Shown here piece by piece: positions 9,634 to 20,378 of a stretch of DNA of 64,000 nucleotides. The translations under genes and the position numbers were made by a program. The notes under the pieces were generated by a model, which saw only the letters and a program-made list of their open reading frames with translations, had not been told where the DNA came from and searched no databases. Source of the stretch: Muribaculaceae bacterium (GTDB lineage Bacteria > Bacteroidota > Bacteroidia > Bacteroidales > Muribaculaceae). Where the stretch lies: assembly GCA_029071345.1 (NCBI GenBank), contig JAIEAO010000002.1, forward strand, positions 23,947-87,946, read 5' to 3'. How positions within the stretch are numbered: the first letter of the stretch is position 1; each line of letters opens with the position of its first letter.

Positions 9634-10908
9634 ATGATTGATATTCGATTAAAGGTCATAGGTGTAGCGGCTACGTTGGCATTGCAGTCAGCTGTTGCGA
9701 CCGCCGGATGCCCACAGAAGGAGTGGGCCGACAGCACATTGCGCTATTGCAATTGCCAGATCGAAAAGACATTGTGCCAGCTGCCTAACGACAGTGTGCT
9801 TCCCAGAAGTATAAATGCCGGGTCCGACAAGTGGAACACCACCGACATCGGTGACTGGACAAGCGGTTTCTGGTCGGGCATCCTCTGGTATAACTATATG
9901 AACACCAACAAGCTCACCGATATGCTCAACGCTTTGGCATATACGGAGCATCAGCGCTACTTGGTTGATCCGAACCACGAAGTGGATCACGATATAGGTT
10001 TCCAGCTTCTTTGCAGCTTCGGTCACGCATACGCCAACACAGGTCGTGCGGAGTATAAGGATATCCTTTTGGCGGGTGCCGACAAGTTGGCTGCGCTATA
10101 TAATAATCGTGTCGGCACAATATTATCATGGCCTCATGCCGTTAAAGATATGGGGTATCCTCACAATACGATTATGGATAACATGATGAACCTTCAGCTA
10201 CTTTTCTTCGCCGCCAATAATGGCGGACCCGCCGAATACAGGGATATGGCGATCAGTCATGCCCGCACCACGATGAAGAATCAGTTCCGCAAGGATTACA
10301 CCAGCTATCATGTCGCATTGTACGACACGGAAAACGGTAAGTTTATCCGTGGCTGCACCAACCAGGGTTACAGCGATGAAAGTTTCTGGGCGCGCGGTCA
10401 GGCGTGGGGAATCTATGGTTTCACCGTAGTGTATCGTGAGACAGGCGACAAAGAATTTCTGCGCTTCGTGGAGAAGATTGCAGATGTCTACCTCGCAAGA
10501 CTCCCCGAGGATTATGTGCCTTACTGGGATTTCTCCGATCCGAATATCCCGAATGCTGTCAAGGATGCCTCATCGGCCGCTATCGTGGCCTCGGCGCTCA
10601 TAGAGCTTTCACAGCTTGAGGACAACGCATTCTATGCCGACAAATATATGAAGTATGCCGACAAGATGCTTCACAACCTCTCGACAGCAGACTATCAGAG
10701 CCGGCATTGCAACAGTGCATTCCTGATGCACTCCACTGGAAACAAGCCTGCCGGATATGAGATCGATTCCTCGATAAACTACGCCGATTATTACTATATT
10801 GAGGCGTTGACCCGCTATCGCGATTTTTATGCAAACGAAGAACTAAACGACCATGAGAAAACTAAGCGTAACACTTTATCTCCTTTTACTTATCTCGGTA
10901 ACCGTTAA
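9634..10908 (+). CDS. GH88 unsaturated glucuronyl hydrolase
   Basis: DWTSGFWSG, DHDIGF, IMDNMMNL, WARGQAWGIYG, VPYWDF, DASSAAI, YADYYYIEAL. Confidence 0.93.
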   Translation: MIDIRLKVIGVAATLALQSAVATAGCPQKEWADSTLRYCNCQIEKTLCQLPNDSVLPRSINAGSDKWNTTDIGDWTSGFWSGILWYNYMNTNKLTDMLNALAYTEHQRYLVDPNHEVDHDIGFQLLCSFGHAYANTGRAEYKDILLAGADKLAALYNNRVGTILSWPHAVKDMGYPHNTIMDNMMNLQLLFFAANNGGPAEYRDMAISHARTTMKNQFRKDYTSYHVALYDTENGKFIRGCTNQGYSDESFWARGQAWGIYGFTVVYRETGDKEFLRFVEKIADVYLARLPEDYVPYWDFSDPNIPNAVKDASSAAIVASALIELSQLEDNAFYADKYMKYADKMLHNLSTADYQSRHCNSAFLMHSTGNKPAGYEIDSSINYADYYYIEALTRYRDFYANEELNDHEKTKRNTLSPFTYLGNR

Positions 10909-13900
10909 TGCCCGCACGGCCTCACTCGCCGACTATGTGGACATGTATATGGGGGTGCGGGGTAACAGTAACTGTGTCATAGGTCCGCAGCTTCCTCACG
11001 GATCGGTAAACCCGGCTCCGCAGACTCCCAACGGCGGACAGAACGGATATGATGAAAACGATTTGATCCGCGGTTTCGGTCAGCTTCATGTGTCAGGTAT
11101 CGGTTGGTCGCGTTATGGTCAGATCTTCCTATCTCCGCAGATCGGTTTCTCGGCCAAGGAGAACGGTCACGATTCAAAGAAATCTAATGAGGTCGTATCC
11201 CCGTTTTACTATAAAGTTGACCTCGACCGATATGGGATAACCACCGAACTTGCCCCGACCACGCACGCCGTGGCATATCGTTTCACTTATCCAGACAAGA
11301 AAAATAAGACCCTGCTTTTGGATATGCGCCACAGCATTCCGCAGCACATTGTGCCGATAGTCAAGGGGCGTTTTCTTGGAGGAAATTTGCAGTGGAATCC
11401 TGAGACTTCGGAATTGTCGGGGTGGGGAGAGTATGCTGGCGGATTCGGTAGCGCAGACCCCTATAAGGTCTATTTTTCGATGACCCTTGATGATCCGAAT
11501 GCAAAAGTCAGCATTTCCGATAAAGGAGATAAAGAACTGTATGCACGAATCGATACGGACCGCCCTGTTCTGAACGCGAACGTGGGTGTATCGTTGAAGA
11601 GTGTGGACCGCGCCCGCAATTACCGTTATATCGAATTGGACGGTAAGGATGTGGATAAAGTCGCCAAAAACGCCAAAGATGAGTGGAACCGCGCTTTGGG
11701 AAGGATTCAGTTAGGTGATGATGTAAAAGAGAAAGATAAGAAACTTTTCTATACCGCTTTGTATCATTCTTTGGTAATGCCCCGCGACCGATCGGGCGAT
11801 AACCCCAACTGGTCAAGTGCGATGCCACATATCGACGACCATTATTGCGTTTGGGATACGTGGCGCACCGCCTATCCGTTGCTGACCCTCTTGGAGGAAA
11901 GTTTCGTTTCAAAGACTATCAATTCTTTCATCGACCGTCTCGATCACGACGGGAAAGTGACTCCTACTTTCACTGCTTCGATGGAATGGGACAGCAAGCA
12001 GGGTGGCGACGATGTCGACAATATCATCGCCGACGCAATCATCAAGAATGTCAAAGGTTTTGACCGTGAGAAAGCCTACAAGGTGATGCTTCACAATGCG
12101 CGCGAATCCCGCTCTCCCGACTATATCGCTATGGGTTATGAACCCGGCAGGAACAGGCAGATGTCTTGCTCATATACAATGGAACACGCCTACAACGACA
12201 ACTGCCTATCCCGTATCGCCCAACTGATGGGTGACACAGCAATGGCCAATGAAATGGCAGTAAGGTCGCGCCAGTGGGAAAAGATGTTTAATCCCGATCT
12301 TGAAAGCTGCGGATTCAAAGGATTCATAGCTCCTGTCACGGCCGAGGGTGAACGGATCGAGATTGATCCCGCGGAGGTTTACGGATCATGGGTTGATTAT
12401 TTCTATGAGGGGAATTCCTGGACCTATTCGTTGTTCACACCTGCAGACTTCGAACGACTTATCGCGCTTTGCGGAGGTAAGGAGGAGATGGTGAAGCGTC
12501 TGAAATATGGTTTCGACAATAACCTCATCAACCTCTCCAACGAACCCGGTTTCCTCGCCCCTTTCATCTTCAGTCATTGTGACCGCCCCGATCTTGCGGG
12601 TGAGTATGTAAACAGAATCCGCAACAACTACTTCTCTATCGAAAAGGGTTATCCCGATAATGAGGACAGCGGAGCGATGGGATCATGGTATGTCTTTACC
12701 TCTCTCGGTCTTTTCCCCAATGCCGGGCAGGATATCTATTACCTTCTCCCTCCCGCTTTCTCCGAAAGTTCGCTAACGATGGAGAACGGCAAGAAGATAG
12801 TGGTTAAGGCTCATAAAAAGACCCCCGGATCTAACGATATCGCCTCTGTCAAGCTGAACGGTTGCGACCTTTCACGTTCATGGATCAGACACGATGAGAT
12901 TGCCGACGGCGCCGTGATAGAATTCGAACTTTCCGAGAACCCTGACGAATGGGGTGTGCGAGAGTTTGAGGCAAGCAAGGAGAAGCCGGGAATGTTCGGC
13001 GTGAACCTTGCCGGAGCCGAGTTTTTCCACAAGAAGATGGAGGGTGTAGGGCGGTTTAACGTGGATTACCATTACCCCACCACCGAGGAACTCGATTACT
13101 GGCATTCCAAAGGGATGGATCTGATTCGTCTCCCCTTCAAATGGGATAGAATTCAGCGCGAGGTCAACGGTCCACTCAGCAAGGACGAGGCGGATTATAT
13201 CAAATATCTGCTTCGCGAGGCCGACGCAAGGGGGATGAAGATACTTCTCGACATGCACAATTACGGCCGACGCAATTACGGCGGAGAGTACCGCATCATA
13301 GGCGACAGCCTGATGCCGACACATTTCGGTCAGGCGTGGGCGGAATTGGCCCGTCAGTTCAAGGATGAGCCGGGTCTCTATGGCTATGGTCTCTGCAACG
13401 AGCCTCACGATATGCTGGAGAGCTGTCCGTGGGTTGAGATAGCGCAGGTAGCCATCGACTCGATCCGCTCTGTCGACCGCCGCACAGCAATCGTGGTGGC
13501 TGGAAACACATGGAGCTCCGCCGAGCGCTGGCCGGAGATTAATCAAGGGCTTGAATCACTCAACGATCCGAATGATAACCTCATCTTTGAGGCTCACTGC
13601 TATTTCGATCGGGATGCATCCGGCATCTACCGCGAAGGTTATGATGCGGAGGGTGCATACCCGACAATAGGAGTTGACCGTGTCCGTCCGTTTGTCGACT
13701 GGTTGAAGAAGCACAACAAGCGGGGTTTGTTGGGTGAGTACGGTGTGCCGGGTGATGATCCGCGCTGGCTCGAATGTCTCGACCTTTTCCTGAACTATCT
13801 GGCGGAAAACGGCGTGGAAGGCACTTACTGGGCAGCCGGCGCACGATGGAATAAATATATCTTAGGGGTGCATCCCGAGGAGAACTATACCAAAGACCGT

Positions 13901-13942
13901 CCGCAGATGGAAATCCTTACCAAATACACCCGCACCAAATGA
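10853..13942 (+). CDS. GH92 alpha-mannosidase fused to a C-terminal GH5
   Basis: GH92: GFGQLHVSGIG, FYTALYH, WDTWRT, FYEGNSWTYS, NEP, PDNEDSGAMGSW; GH5: GVNLAGAEF, LDMHNY, CNEP, FEAHCYFD, GEYG. Confidence 0.9.
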   Translation: MRKLSVTLYLLLLISVTVNARTASLADYVDMYMGVRGNSNCVIGPQLPHGSVNPAPQTPNGGQNGYDENDLIRGFGQLHVSGIGWSRYGQIFLSPQIGFSAKENGHDSKKSNEVVSPFYYKVDLDRYGITTELAPTTHAVAYRFTYPDKKNKTLLLDMRHSIPQHIVPIVKGRFLGGNLQWNPETSELSGWGEYAGGFGSADPYKVYFSMTLDDPNAKVSISDKGDKELYARIDTDRPVLNANVGVSLKSVDRARNYRYIELDGKDVDKVAKNAKDEWNRALGRIQLGDDVKEKDKKLFYTALYHSLVMPRDRSGDNPNWSSAMPHIDDHYCVWDTWRTAYPLLTLLEESFVSKTINSFIDRLDHDGKVTPTFTASMEWDSKQGGDDVDNIIADAIIKNVKGFDREKAYKVMLHNARESRSPDYIAMGYEPGRNRQMSCSYTMEHAYNDNCLSRIAQLMGDTAMANEMAVRSRQWEKMFNPDLESCGFKGFIAPVTAEGERIEIDPAEVYGSWVDYFYEGNSWTYSLFTPADFERLIALCGGKEEMVKRLKYGFDNNLINLSNEPGFLAPFIFSHCDRPDLAGEYVNRIRNNYFSIEKGYPDNEDSGAMGSWYVFTSLGLFPNAGQDIYYLLPPAFSESSLTMENGKKIVVKAHKKTPGSNDIASVKLNGCDLSRSWIRHDEIADGAVIEFELSENPDEWGVREFEASKEKPGMFGVNLAGAEFFHKKMEGVGRFNVDYHYPTTEELDYWHSKGMDLIRLPFKWDRIQREVNGPLSKDEADYIKYLLREADARGMKILLDMHNYGRRNYGGEYRIIGDSLMPTHFGQAWAELARQFKDEPGLYGYGLCNEPHDMLESCPWVEIAQVAIDSIRSVDRRTAIVVAGNTWSSAERWPEINQGLESLNDPNDNLIFEAHCYFDRDASGIYREGYDAEGAYPTIGVDRVRPFVDWLKKHNKRGLLGEYGVPGDDPRWLECLDLFLNYLAENGVEGTYWAAGARWNKYILGVHPEENYTKDRPQMEILTKYTRTK

Positions 13943-15690
13943 AAACATCAGCTTTAGTTGTATGCGCAATGCTTTCGGCAGTCTCCTCTCTCTCCTCATT
14001 TGGGGCTGAGCGGTATGACATTGTTGTGCTCGGTGGCACGCCGGGCGGTATCATGTCGGCAATCGAGGCTGCCCGTATGGGTAAAAGCGTGGTGATACTT
14101 GAGCGTAACGACCGCATCGGAGGACTCCCGGCCAACGGATTGGGCGCTACCGATATCGCTACACGCGGTGCCACTACGGGCCTTTTCTCAGAATTCACCA
14201 ATGCCGTGAAGCAATATTATATCGATAAATATGGTAAGGACTCGCAGCAGGTGAAGGATTGCAGCGACGGTTTCCATTTCGAGCCGTCGGTGGCGGAGAA
14301 GGTGCTGACGGATATGATTTCACCATACGATTCCCTTATCGACGTGAAAGTAATGAGGCAGTTCAATTTCTCTACGGGCGACATATCCATGACCGATGAC
14401 GGCAAGCATATCAACTCCGTCCGTCTCATCAACCGCAACAACGGTGACGCGGAAATATATGAGGGTAAGGTATTCATCGATGCCACCTACGAAGGTGACC
14501 TCGGTGCTGCCGCCAAAGTGCCTTACAGAGTCGGGCGCGAAGCCGCATGGGAATTCAATGAGCCGGGCGCGGGGGTGGTTTATGAATACTGGAAATCCAC
14601 CCCGGCGGAGGGGAGCACAGGTGATCCCGACAACGCCGTGCAGGCTTACAACTACCGACTGACCCTGACAAAAGACCCGAAACAGAGAATCCCTTTCCCG
14701 AAGCCTGACAACTATAACCGCGATGAGTATGTGTCGCTCATCGAGGATGTATGGACAGGGCGCCACACTTGGAAGGCTATCTGCGATGTCACTCCGGAGA
14801 TGATAGAGGCCAACAGGAAGCATTTGCAGAACGGTGGCGAGAGATCAATAACGCCGTGGGATAGCTGGGGGATTGAGAAGATAGTGAGCATCAACACAGT
14901 GCCAAACGGCAAGGTGGATGCCAATAACCAGCATTCTGCTTTTATCTCAACCGACCTCCCGGAAGAAAACTGGCCCTGGCCCACGTCGTCATGGGAATGG
15001 AGGGATAAGTTTGCGAAGAGATTACGCGATTATACATTAGGCCTGCTTTATTTCGCCGCTAATGATCCTGAACTCCCCGCTCAATTCCGCGACGCTGTGA
15101 ATGAATGGGGTCTTTCGGCAACTGAATATGAAGACAACGACGGTTTTCCGCGTCAGGTCTATGTGAGGGAAGGTCGCCGTTTTGAGGGTGAATATTTCTT
15201 TACCGCCTCCGATGCTCTCCCTGTGGCTGAGGGTCAGAGACCTCCCGTGCATAAGAACAGTATCACGGCAAGTCATTATGCCCTCGATTCCCACGCCGCC
15301 CGTAAGCGCGAGGAGGGTCGTGCGCATCTTGACGGATTCATCAGTTATCCGACAGCTGTATATACTGTACCGTATGGTGTGATCGTTACTAAAGAAGTGG
15401 ACAATCTGCTTTTGCCGGTGCCTGTCAGCGGGTCGCATATCGGTTTCTCGACGCTCCGTATGGAACCCTGCTGGATGGCTCTCGGTCAGGCAGCGGGAGC
15501 TGCAGCATCATTGGCGATAGACGGGGAAACTTCCGTGCAGAATATTTCCGTCAGCGATCTGCAGAACCGGTTGCTTGACGAAAAAGCAACCCTAATATAT
15601 TACGATAACCTGACGCCTGACAGCAAAAACTGGAAGGAAGCCCAGCTCCGAGGTCTCGCAGGAGAGGTCAAGGGCTGGAAATATGAATGA
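13939..15690 (+). CDS. Exported FAD-dependent oxidoreductase (PF12831-like)
   Basis: Signal peptide; DIVVLGGTPGG Rossmann motif, FIDATYEGDL, YVREGRR, LRMEPCWMALGQAAG. Confidence 0.88.
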   Translation: MKTSALVVCAMLSAVSSLSSFGAERYDIVVLGGTPGGIMSAIEAARMGKSVVILERNDRIGGLPANGLGATDIATRGATTGLFSEFTNAVKQYYIDKYGKDSQQVKDCSDGFHFEPSVAEKVLTDMISPYDSLIDVKVMRQFNFSTGDISMTDDGKHINSVRLINRNNGDAEIYEGKVFIDATYEGDLGAAAKVPYRVGREAAWEFNEPGAGVVYEYWKSTPAEGSTGDPDNAVQAYNYRLTLTKDPKQRIPFPKPDNYNRDEYVSLIEDVWTGRHTWKAICDVTPEMIEANRKHLQNGGERSITPWDSWGIEKIVSINTVPNGKVDANNQHSAFISTDLPEENWPWPTSSWEWRDKFAKRLRDYTLGLLYFAANDPELPAQFRDAVNEWGLSATEYEDNDGFPRQVYVREGRRFEGEYFFTASDALPVAEGQRPPVHKNSITASHYALDSHAARKREEGRAHLDGFISYPTAVYTVPYGVIVTKEVDNLLLPVPVSGSHIGFSTLRMEPCWMALGQAAGAAASLAIDGETSVQNISVSDLQNRLLDEKATLIYYDNLTPDSKNWKEAQLRGLAGEVKGWKYE

Positions 15691-18161
15691 TGACCATGAA
15701 AAAGTATTACCTGATGCTGATAGCCGGCGCATTGAGTCTGTCGGCTTCGAGTGTGACAATAACCGATAAGGATAAGGCGCGCGCCAAAGCCCTTGTGGAG
15801 CAAATGACGTTGGAGGAGAAGATTGCCTATCTGTCGGGTGAGACTTCGTTCTCACTGCGACCGATAGAACGCCTCGGCATTCCGAGGATTCTGTTGGCTG
15901 ACGGTCCGCAGGGAATCCGAAACCATTGCAAGCACAGCACCCTTTATCCGAGCGGTATCGCCGCTGCAGCTACGTGGAACCGAGACCTTGCGCACCGCTA
16001 TGGCGAAAGTCTCGGCGAGGATGCACGGGCGCGCGGCGTGGGGATACTTTTAGGCCCCGGCGTGAATATCTACCGCTATCCTCTCTGCGGACGAAATTTC
16101 GAGTATATGGGTGAGGATCCCTACCTTGCATCGGAAATATCCTGTCAATATATTGACGGTGTGCAGTCGAAAGGTGTGATCTCGACTATCAAGCATTTCG
16201 TCGCCAACAATCAGGAGTGGAACCGTCATCACGCAAGCAGCGACGTTGACGAGCGCACACTTCAGGAGATATATTTCCCGACATTCCGAAATGCCGTCAA
16301 GAAAGCCGGTGTCGGTGCGGTAATGAACAGCTACAACCTGCTTAACGGAGTTCATGCCACAGAAAATCCCTGGCTCAACACTACCATCCTCCGCGATGAA
16401 TGGGGGTTCGACGGTGTGCTGATGAGTGACTGGACTTCCGTATATTCCACGGTAAACGCTGCCAATGCCGGTCTCGACCTCGAGATGCCTAAAGCGGTCT
16501 TCTTTACCGATTCGCTGCTTAAAGCCGCAGTCAGCAATGGTCGCGTCTCGATGAAAACCATCGATGACAAGGTTACCCATATGCTCCAGACATTTTCTGC
16601 ATTCGGTCTTCTCGACCGTGAGCAAAAGGATGAATCCATCCCAATGGATAATCCAAAATCGAAGAATACGGCTCTCGCCACAGCCCGCGAGGGGATTGTG
16701 CTTCTCAAGAATGAGGGTAATATCCTTCCGCTCAAAGGGCGCACTGCCGTAATGGGTATCAATGCCGACACAATCGTGTCGGGAGGTGGAAGCGGTGCGG
16801 TCTATGCCTACTCCATCTCACCTCTTTCCAAAGAGCTTCCCAAATTCAATAAAAAAACGGTTACGGTAAACACCGAAGGTCTCTTTGACGATGCCGGTCA
16901 GAATTTCTATACCGACCGCACCCTGAGTGAGTGTGGCTTCAAGTGCGAATATTTCGACAACATAGACTTTGCCGGCACCCCCGCCATCGTGAGGGTGGAT
17001 CCCGAGATTAATTTTAACTACGGCAAAGGTGGCCCTGCAGCCGATTTCCCGGTGGATAACTTTTCAGCAGTGTGGACCGGCTATTATCTCTCGCCGAAAG
17101 ATGAGAACCTGCGCATCGCGATCGGAGGTGACGACGGTTACCGACTGATGATTAATGATTCCGTAGTGGCTGAGCATTGGGGTAACCATGCCTACGACAG
17201 GAGGACTATCAGTTATCCCGTCGAGAAAGGTAAAAGTTACGACTTCAAAATCGAGTATTTCGAATCCACAGGCGGAGCGAAGGTGGATCTTGTGGCCCAT
17301 TCATTGAACAAGGATAAACTCAAAAAGATGCTCGCCGGTGTAGACAATGTAGTCATAAACACCGGATTTACGAGCCAGCATGAGAGCGAAGGGTTCGACC
17401 GTCCTTACGGACTCCCCGAATATGAAGAGAATTTCATCCGCGAAGTTGCGTCTATCAATCCGAATGTGGTCGTGGTTCTGAACAGCGGCGGTGCGGTCGA
17501 CCTGATGCCGTGGTTTGACAATGCCAAAGGAATCGTGATGGCATGGTATCCTGGTCAGGAAGGTGGCACAGCGTTGGCGGAGATACTGACAGGAAAGATT
17601 TCACCGTCGGGCAAACTTCCGATCACCTATTACCGATCACTTGCCGACAGCCCCGCGCATGACACCTACTATCCCAACCGCACCGCGACCCGCAAGTCGG
17701 GAAAGGATGAGTGTGACCATGTAGAATATCGCGAAGGAATATTCCACGGCTACCGCGGATCAGACAAAGCCGAGGTGAAACCTCTCTATCCCTTCGGCTA
17801 CGGAATGTCGTACACCACGTTTGATTTTTCAGATTTAACTCTCACTAAGATTGGGGAAAACAAAATTAGTGTTAACTTTACGGTGAAAAATACGGGGAAA
17901 CGTGAAGGGGCTGAAGTGGCTCAGGTGTATGTTAGCGACTTGGAAAGCAGCGCGGTGCGCCCGATAAAGGAACTGAAAGGTTTCGAGAAAGTTTCTTTGA
18001 AGCCCGGAGAGAGCAAGAATGTGACAATAATCCTGGATGAGGAGGCTTTCGCTTTTTATGATATCAACAGTCACAAATTCGTTGTAGAGCCCGGAGAGTT
18101 CGAGATTCTCGTAGGCAACTCTTCCGCCGATCTCCCGCTTCGCGCTTCGATCGTATTGTAA
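15687..18161 (+). CDS. GH3 beta-glucosidase with PA14 insertion and Fn3-like domain
   Basis: ADGPQG, GRNFEYMGEDP, KHFVANNQE, MSDW, WYPGQEGG, PFGYGMSYT. Confidence 0.93.
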   Translation: MMTMKKYYLMLIAGALSLSASSVTITDKDKARAKALVEQMTLEEKIAYLSGETSFSLRPIERLGIPRILLADGPQGIRNHCKHSTLYPSGIAAAATWNRDLAHRYGESLGEDARARGVGILLGPGVNIYRYPLCGRNFEYMGEDPYLASEISCQYIDGVQSKGVISTIKHFVANNQEWNRHHASSDVDERTLQEIYFPTFRNAVKKAGVGAVMNSYNLLNGVHATENPWLNTTILRDEWGFDGVLMSDWTSVYSTVNAANAGLDLEMPKAVFFTDSLLKAAVSNGRVSMKTIDDKVTHMLQTFSAFGLLDREQKDESIPMDNPKSKNTALATAREGIVLLKNEGNILPLKGRTAVMGINADTIVSGGGSGAVYAYSISPLSKELPKFNKKTVTVNTEGLFDDAGQNFYTDRTLSECGFKCEYFDNIDFAGTPAIVRVDPEINFNYGKGGPAADFPVDNFSAVWTGYYLSPKDENLRIAIGGDDGYRLMINDSVVAEHWGNHAYDRRTISYPVEKGKSYDFKIEYFESTGGAKVDLVAHSLNKDKLKKMLAGVDNVVINTGFTSQHESEGFDRPYGLPEYEENFIREVASINPNVVVVLNSGGAVDLMPWFDNAKGIVMAWYPGQEGGTALAEILTGKISPSGKLPITYYRSLADSPAHDTYYPNRTATRKSGKDECDHVEYREGIFHGYRGSDKAEVKPLYPFGYGMSYTTFDFSDLTLTKIGENKISVNFTVKNTGKREGAEVAQVYVSDLESSAVRPIKELKGFEKVSLKPGESKNVTIILDEEAFAFYDINSHKFVVEPGEFEILVGNSSADLPLRASIVL

Positions 18162-18193
18162 AACCATCGCATCATATTTAAAATAGTATTAGA

Positions 18194-20350
18194 ATGAAAT
18201 ATAACTGTTTTATGAAGAGAGCTGCCGTTTTGGCAACTCTCTTTGTGTTTATATTCAGCCTGAGTTTAAGTGCAGAGGCTAAAAGCAAAAGAGTCCTTGC
18301 CATCGGCAACAGTTTTTCGGCCGATGCTGTTGAAAATCACCTCTGGGAGTTGGCTGCCGAGTCAGGCGACACCTTGATTATCGGCAATGCCTATATCGGT
18401 GGCTGCACCATTGACCGCCATCTGAATAACCTGAAGGATGATAAGGCCAACTATTCATATCGGAAAATCGAAGATGGTAAACTTGTCACCACTGACAACG
18501 TCACGCTTAGAAGTATTATCACCGACGAGTCCTGGGATATTATCACTCTCCAGCAGGCAAGTCAACTTTCGGGCACGGGTGAGTCATTTAAAAATCTTCC
18601 GCAGTTGATCAAGGGGGTGAAAGAGTTGATGCCGAATAAGGACGCGGAGATTGCTTGGCATAACACATGGGCCTACGCACGCGATTTCAAGTCTGACAAT
18701 TTCAAATATTACGGCTACGACCAGGAGGCGATGCTAGACAGTATCATTTCGGTGGTCAAGACCGTAATTCCGCAAAACGGTATCAAGCGTGTGATTCCGT
18801 CGGGCATAGCAGTTCAGAACGCAAGGAAAACATTCGGCGACGTCCTTAACCGCGACGGCTTCCACCTCGCGCTCCCTCTTGGCCGATATGTGGCCGCCTG
18901 CACATGGTATGAATTTCTCACTGGCAAAGATGTGTCCAAACTCCGCTACAAACCCACCGAACTTTCGGAAGAGGATGCCGCTGCAGCCCGATCAGTCGCC
19001 CACAATGCCAAATTTACTCTGTCATTGCGCCCTGCGGAAGATGAAAGGGCGTTCAAAAGCGTGGGCGTGGAGAAGGAAATTGAACGTTTGAAGGCTTTGA
19101 TCAATGACCCAAAGTTGGCATGGATGTTTGAAAACTGCTTTCCGAACACTTTAGACACTACGGTGAAATTTGGAAAGGATGCGAATGGAAATTACGATAC
19201 ATTTGTAGTCACGGGCGACATCCCTGCCATGTGGCTCCGCGATTCAGGTGCACAGGTATGGCCTTACGTCGCTCTTGCCAAAGACGACATGGAGCTGAGA
19301 CACCTCATCGAAGGGGTGATCCGACGACAGATAAACTGCATCCTGCTCGACCCTTACGCGAATGCTTTCAACGAAGGGCCGACCGGCAGCTATTGGGAAT
19401 CGGATTATACTGAAATGATCCCGGAGATTCACGAGCGCAAATGGGAAATCGATTCTTTGTGCTATCCGATCCGCCTTGCCTACGAGTATTGGAAAGTGAC
19501 AGGAGACGACAGCATCTTCGATGATTCATGGGTCAATGCAGTTAAGAAAATCCTAGCGACTTTTTCAGCGCAGCAACGCAAGGACGGCACAACTCCTTAC
19601 CGATTCCAGCGTAAGACCGAGCGCGCTTCCGACACATTGATCAATGACGGTCTCGGTGCCCCTGTGAAACCCTGCGGACTGATAGCCTCATCTTTCAGAC
19701 CTTCGGACGATGCGACTACTTTTCAGTTTCTGGTGCCGTCGAATCTCTTTGCCATTACGAGCCTTAGAAAAGCTGCTGAAATTCTATCTTCCGTAAATAA
19801 AGAGAAGGCGCTTGCCGATGATTGTTTGGCATTGGCGGCGGAGGTGGAGAATGCTGTCAAGGAATATACGGTTTACAATCATCTTGAGTTCGGACAAATT
19901 TATGCGTTTGAAGTGGATGGATTCGGCAACCACCTCCTGATGGATGATGCCAACGTGCCCTCACTGCTCGCGATGCCTTATCTCGGCGATGTCGATGCCG
20001 ATGATCCGATTTATCAGAATACACGCCGCTTTGTATGGAGCGACAGCAATCCCTATTTCTTCAAAGGAAAATCGGGAGAAGGGATAGGCGGTCCGCACAT
20101 CGGTTATGGGATGGCATGGCCGATGAGCATAATGATGAAGGCGTTCACCTCAAATGACCCGGAGGAAGTTGACGAATGTATTTCGATGCTGCTCTCCACT
20201 GACAACGGCACCGGGTTTATTCATGAATCTTTTGATGTCGATGATCCATCTCACTTCACAAGACCGTGGTTTGCATGGCAAAATACTCTTTTCGGAGAAT
20301 TGATTTTAAAAGTTGCGGAATCAGGCAAGAGTAAATTCTTCAAAAGGTAA
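18194..20350 (+). CDS. SGNH-like (DUF4886-type) esterase fused to GH125 exo-alpha-mannosidase
   Basis: N-terminal IGNSFS, ITLQQAS, RDGFHL; GH125 motifs CFPNTLDTT, TGDIPAMWLRDS, ERKWEIDSL, FRPSDD, MDDANVPSLL, FTRPWFAWQN. Confidence 0.88.
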   Translation: MKYNCFMKRAAVLATLFVFIFSLSLSAEAKSKRVLAIGNSFSADAVENHLWELAAESGDTLIIGNAYIGGCTIDRHLNNLKDDKANYSYRKIEDGKLVTTDNVTLRSIITDESWDIITLQQASQLSGTGESFKNLPQLIKGVKELMPNKDAEIAWHNTWAYARDFKSDNFKYYGYDQEAMLDSIISVVKTVIPQNGIKRVIPSGIAVQNARKTFGDVLNRDGFHLALPLGRYVAACTWYEFLTGKDVSKLRYKPTELSEEDAAAARSVAHNAKFTLSLRPAEDERAFKSVGVEKEIERLKALINDPKLAWMFENCFPNTLDTTVKFGKDANGNYDTFVVTGDIPAMWLRDSGAQVWPYVALAKDDMELRHLIEGVIRRQINCILLDPYANAFNEGPTGSYWESDYTEMIPEIHERKWEIDSLCYPIRLAYEYWKVTGDDSIFDDSWVNAVKKILATFSAQQRKDGTTPYRFQRKTERASDTLINDGLGAPVKPCGLIASSFRPSDDATTFQFLVPSNLFAITSLRKAAEILSSVNKEKALADDCLALAAEVENAVKEYTVYNHLEFGQIYAFEVDGFGNHLLMDDANVPSLLAMPYLGDVDADDPIYQNTRRFVWSDSNPYFFKGKSGEGIGGPHIGYGMAWPMSIMMKAFTSNDPEEVDECISMLLSTDNGTGFIHESFDVDDPSHFTRPWFAWQNTLFGELILKVAESGKSKFFKR

Positions 20351-20378
20351 TTCATTGATGATTAAAGGAGTATACCAA

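Noticed and set aside
7553-10908. Glycosaminoglycan PUL (PL8 + GH88)
   Set aside because: No sulfatase in the visible locus, and mannosidases, glucanases and esterases fit xanthan-like EPS better; not fully excluded
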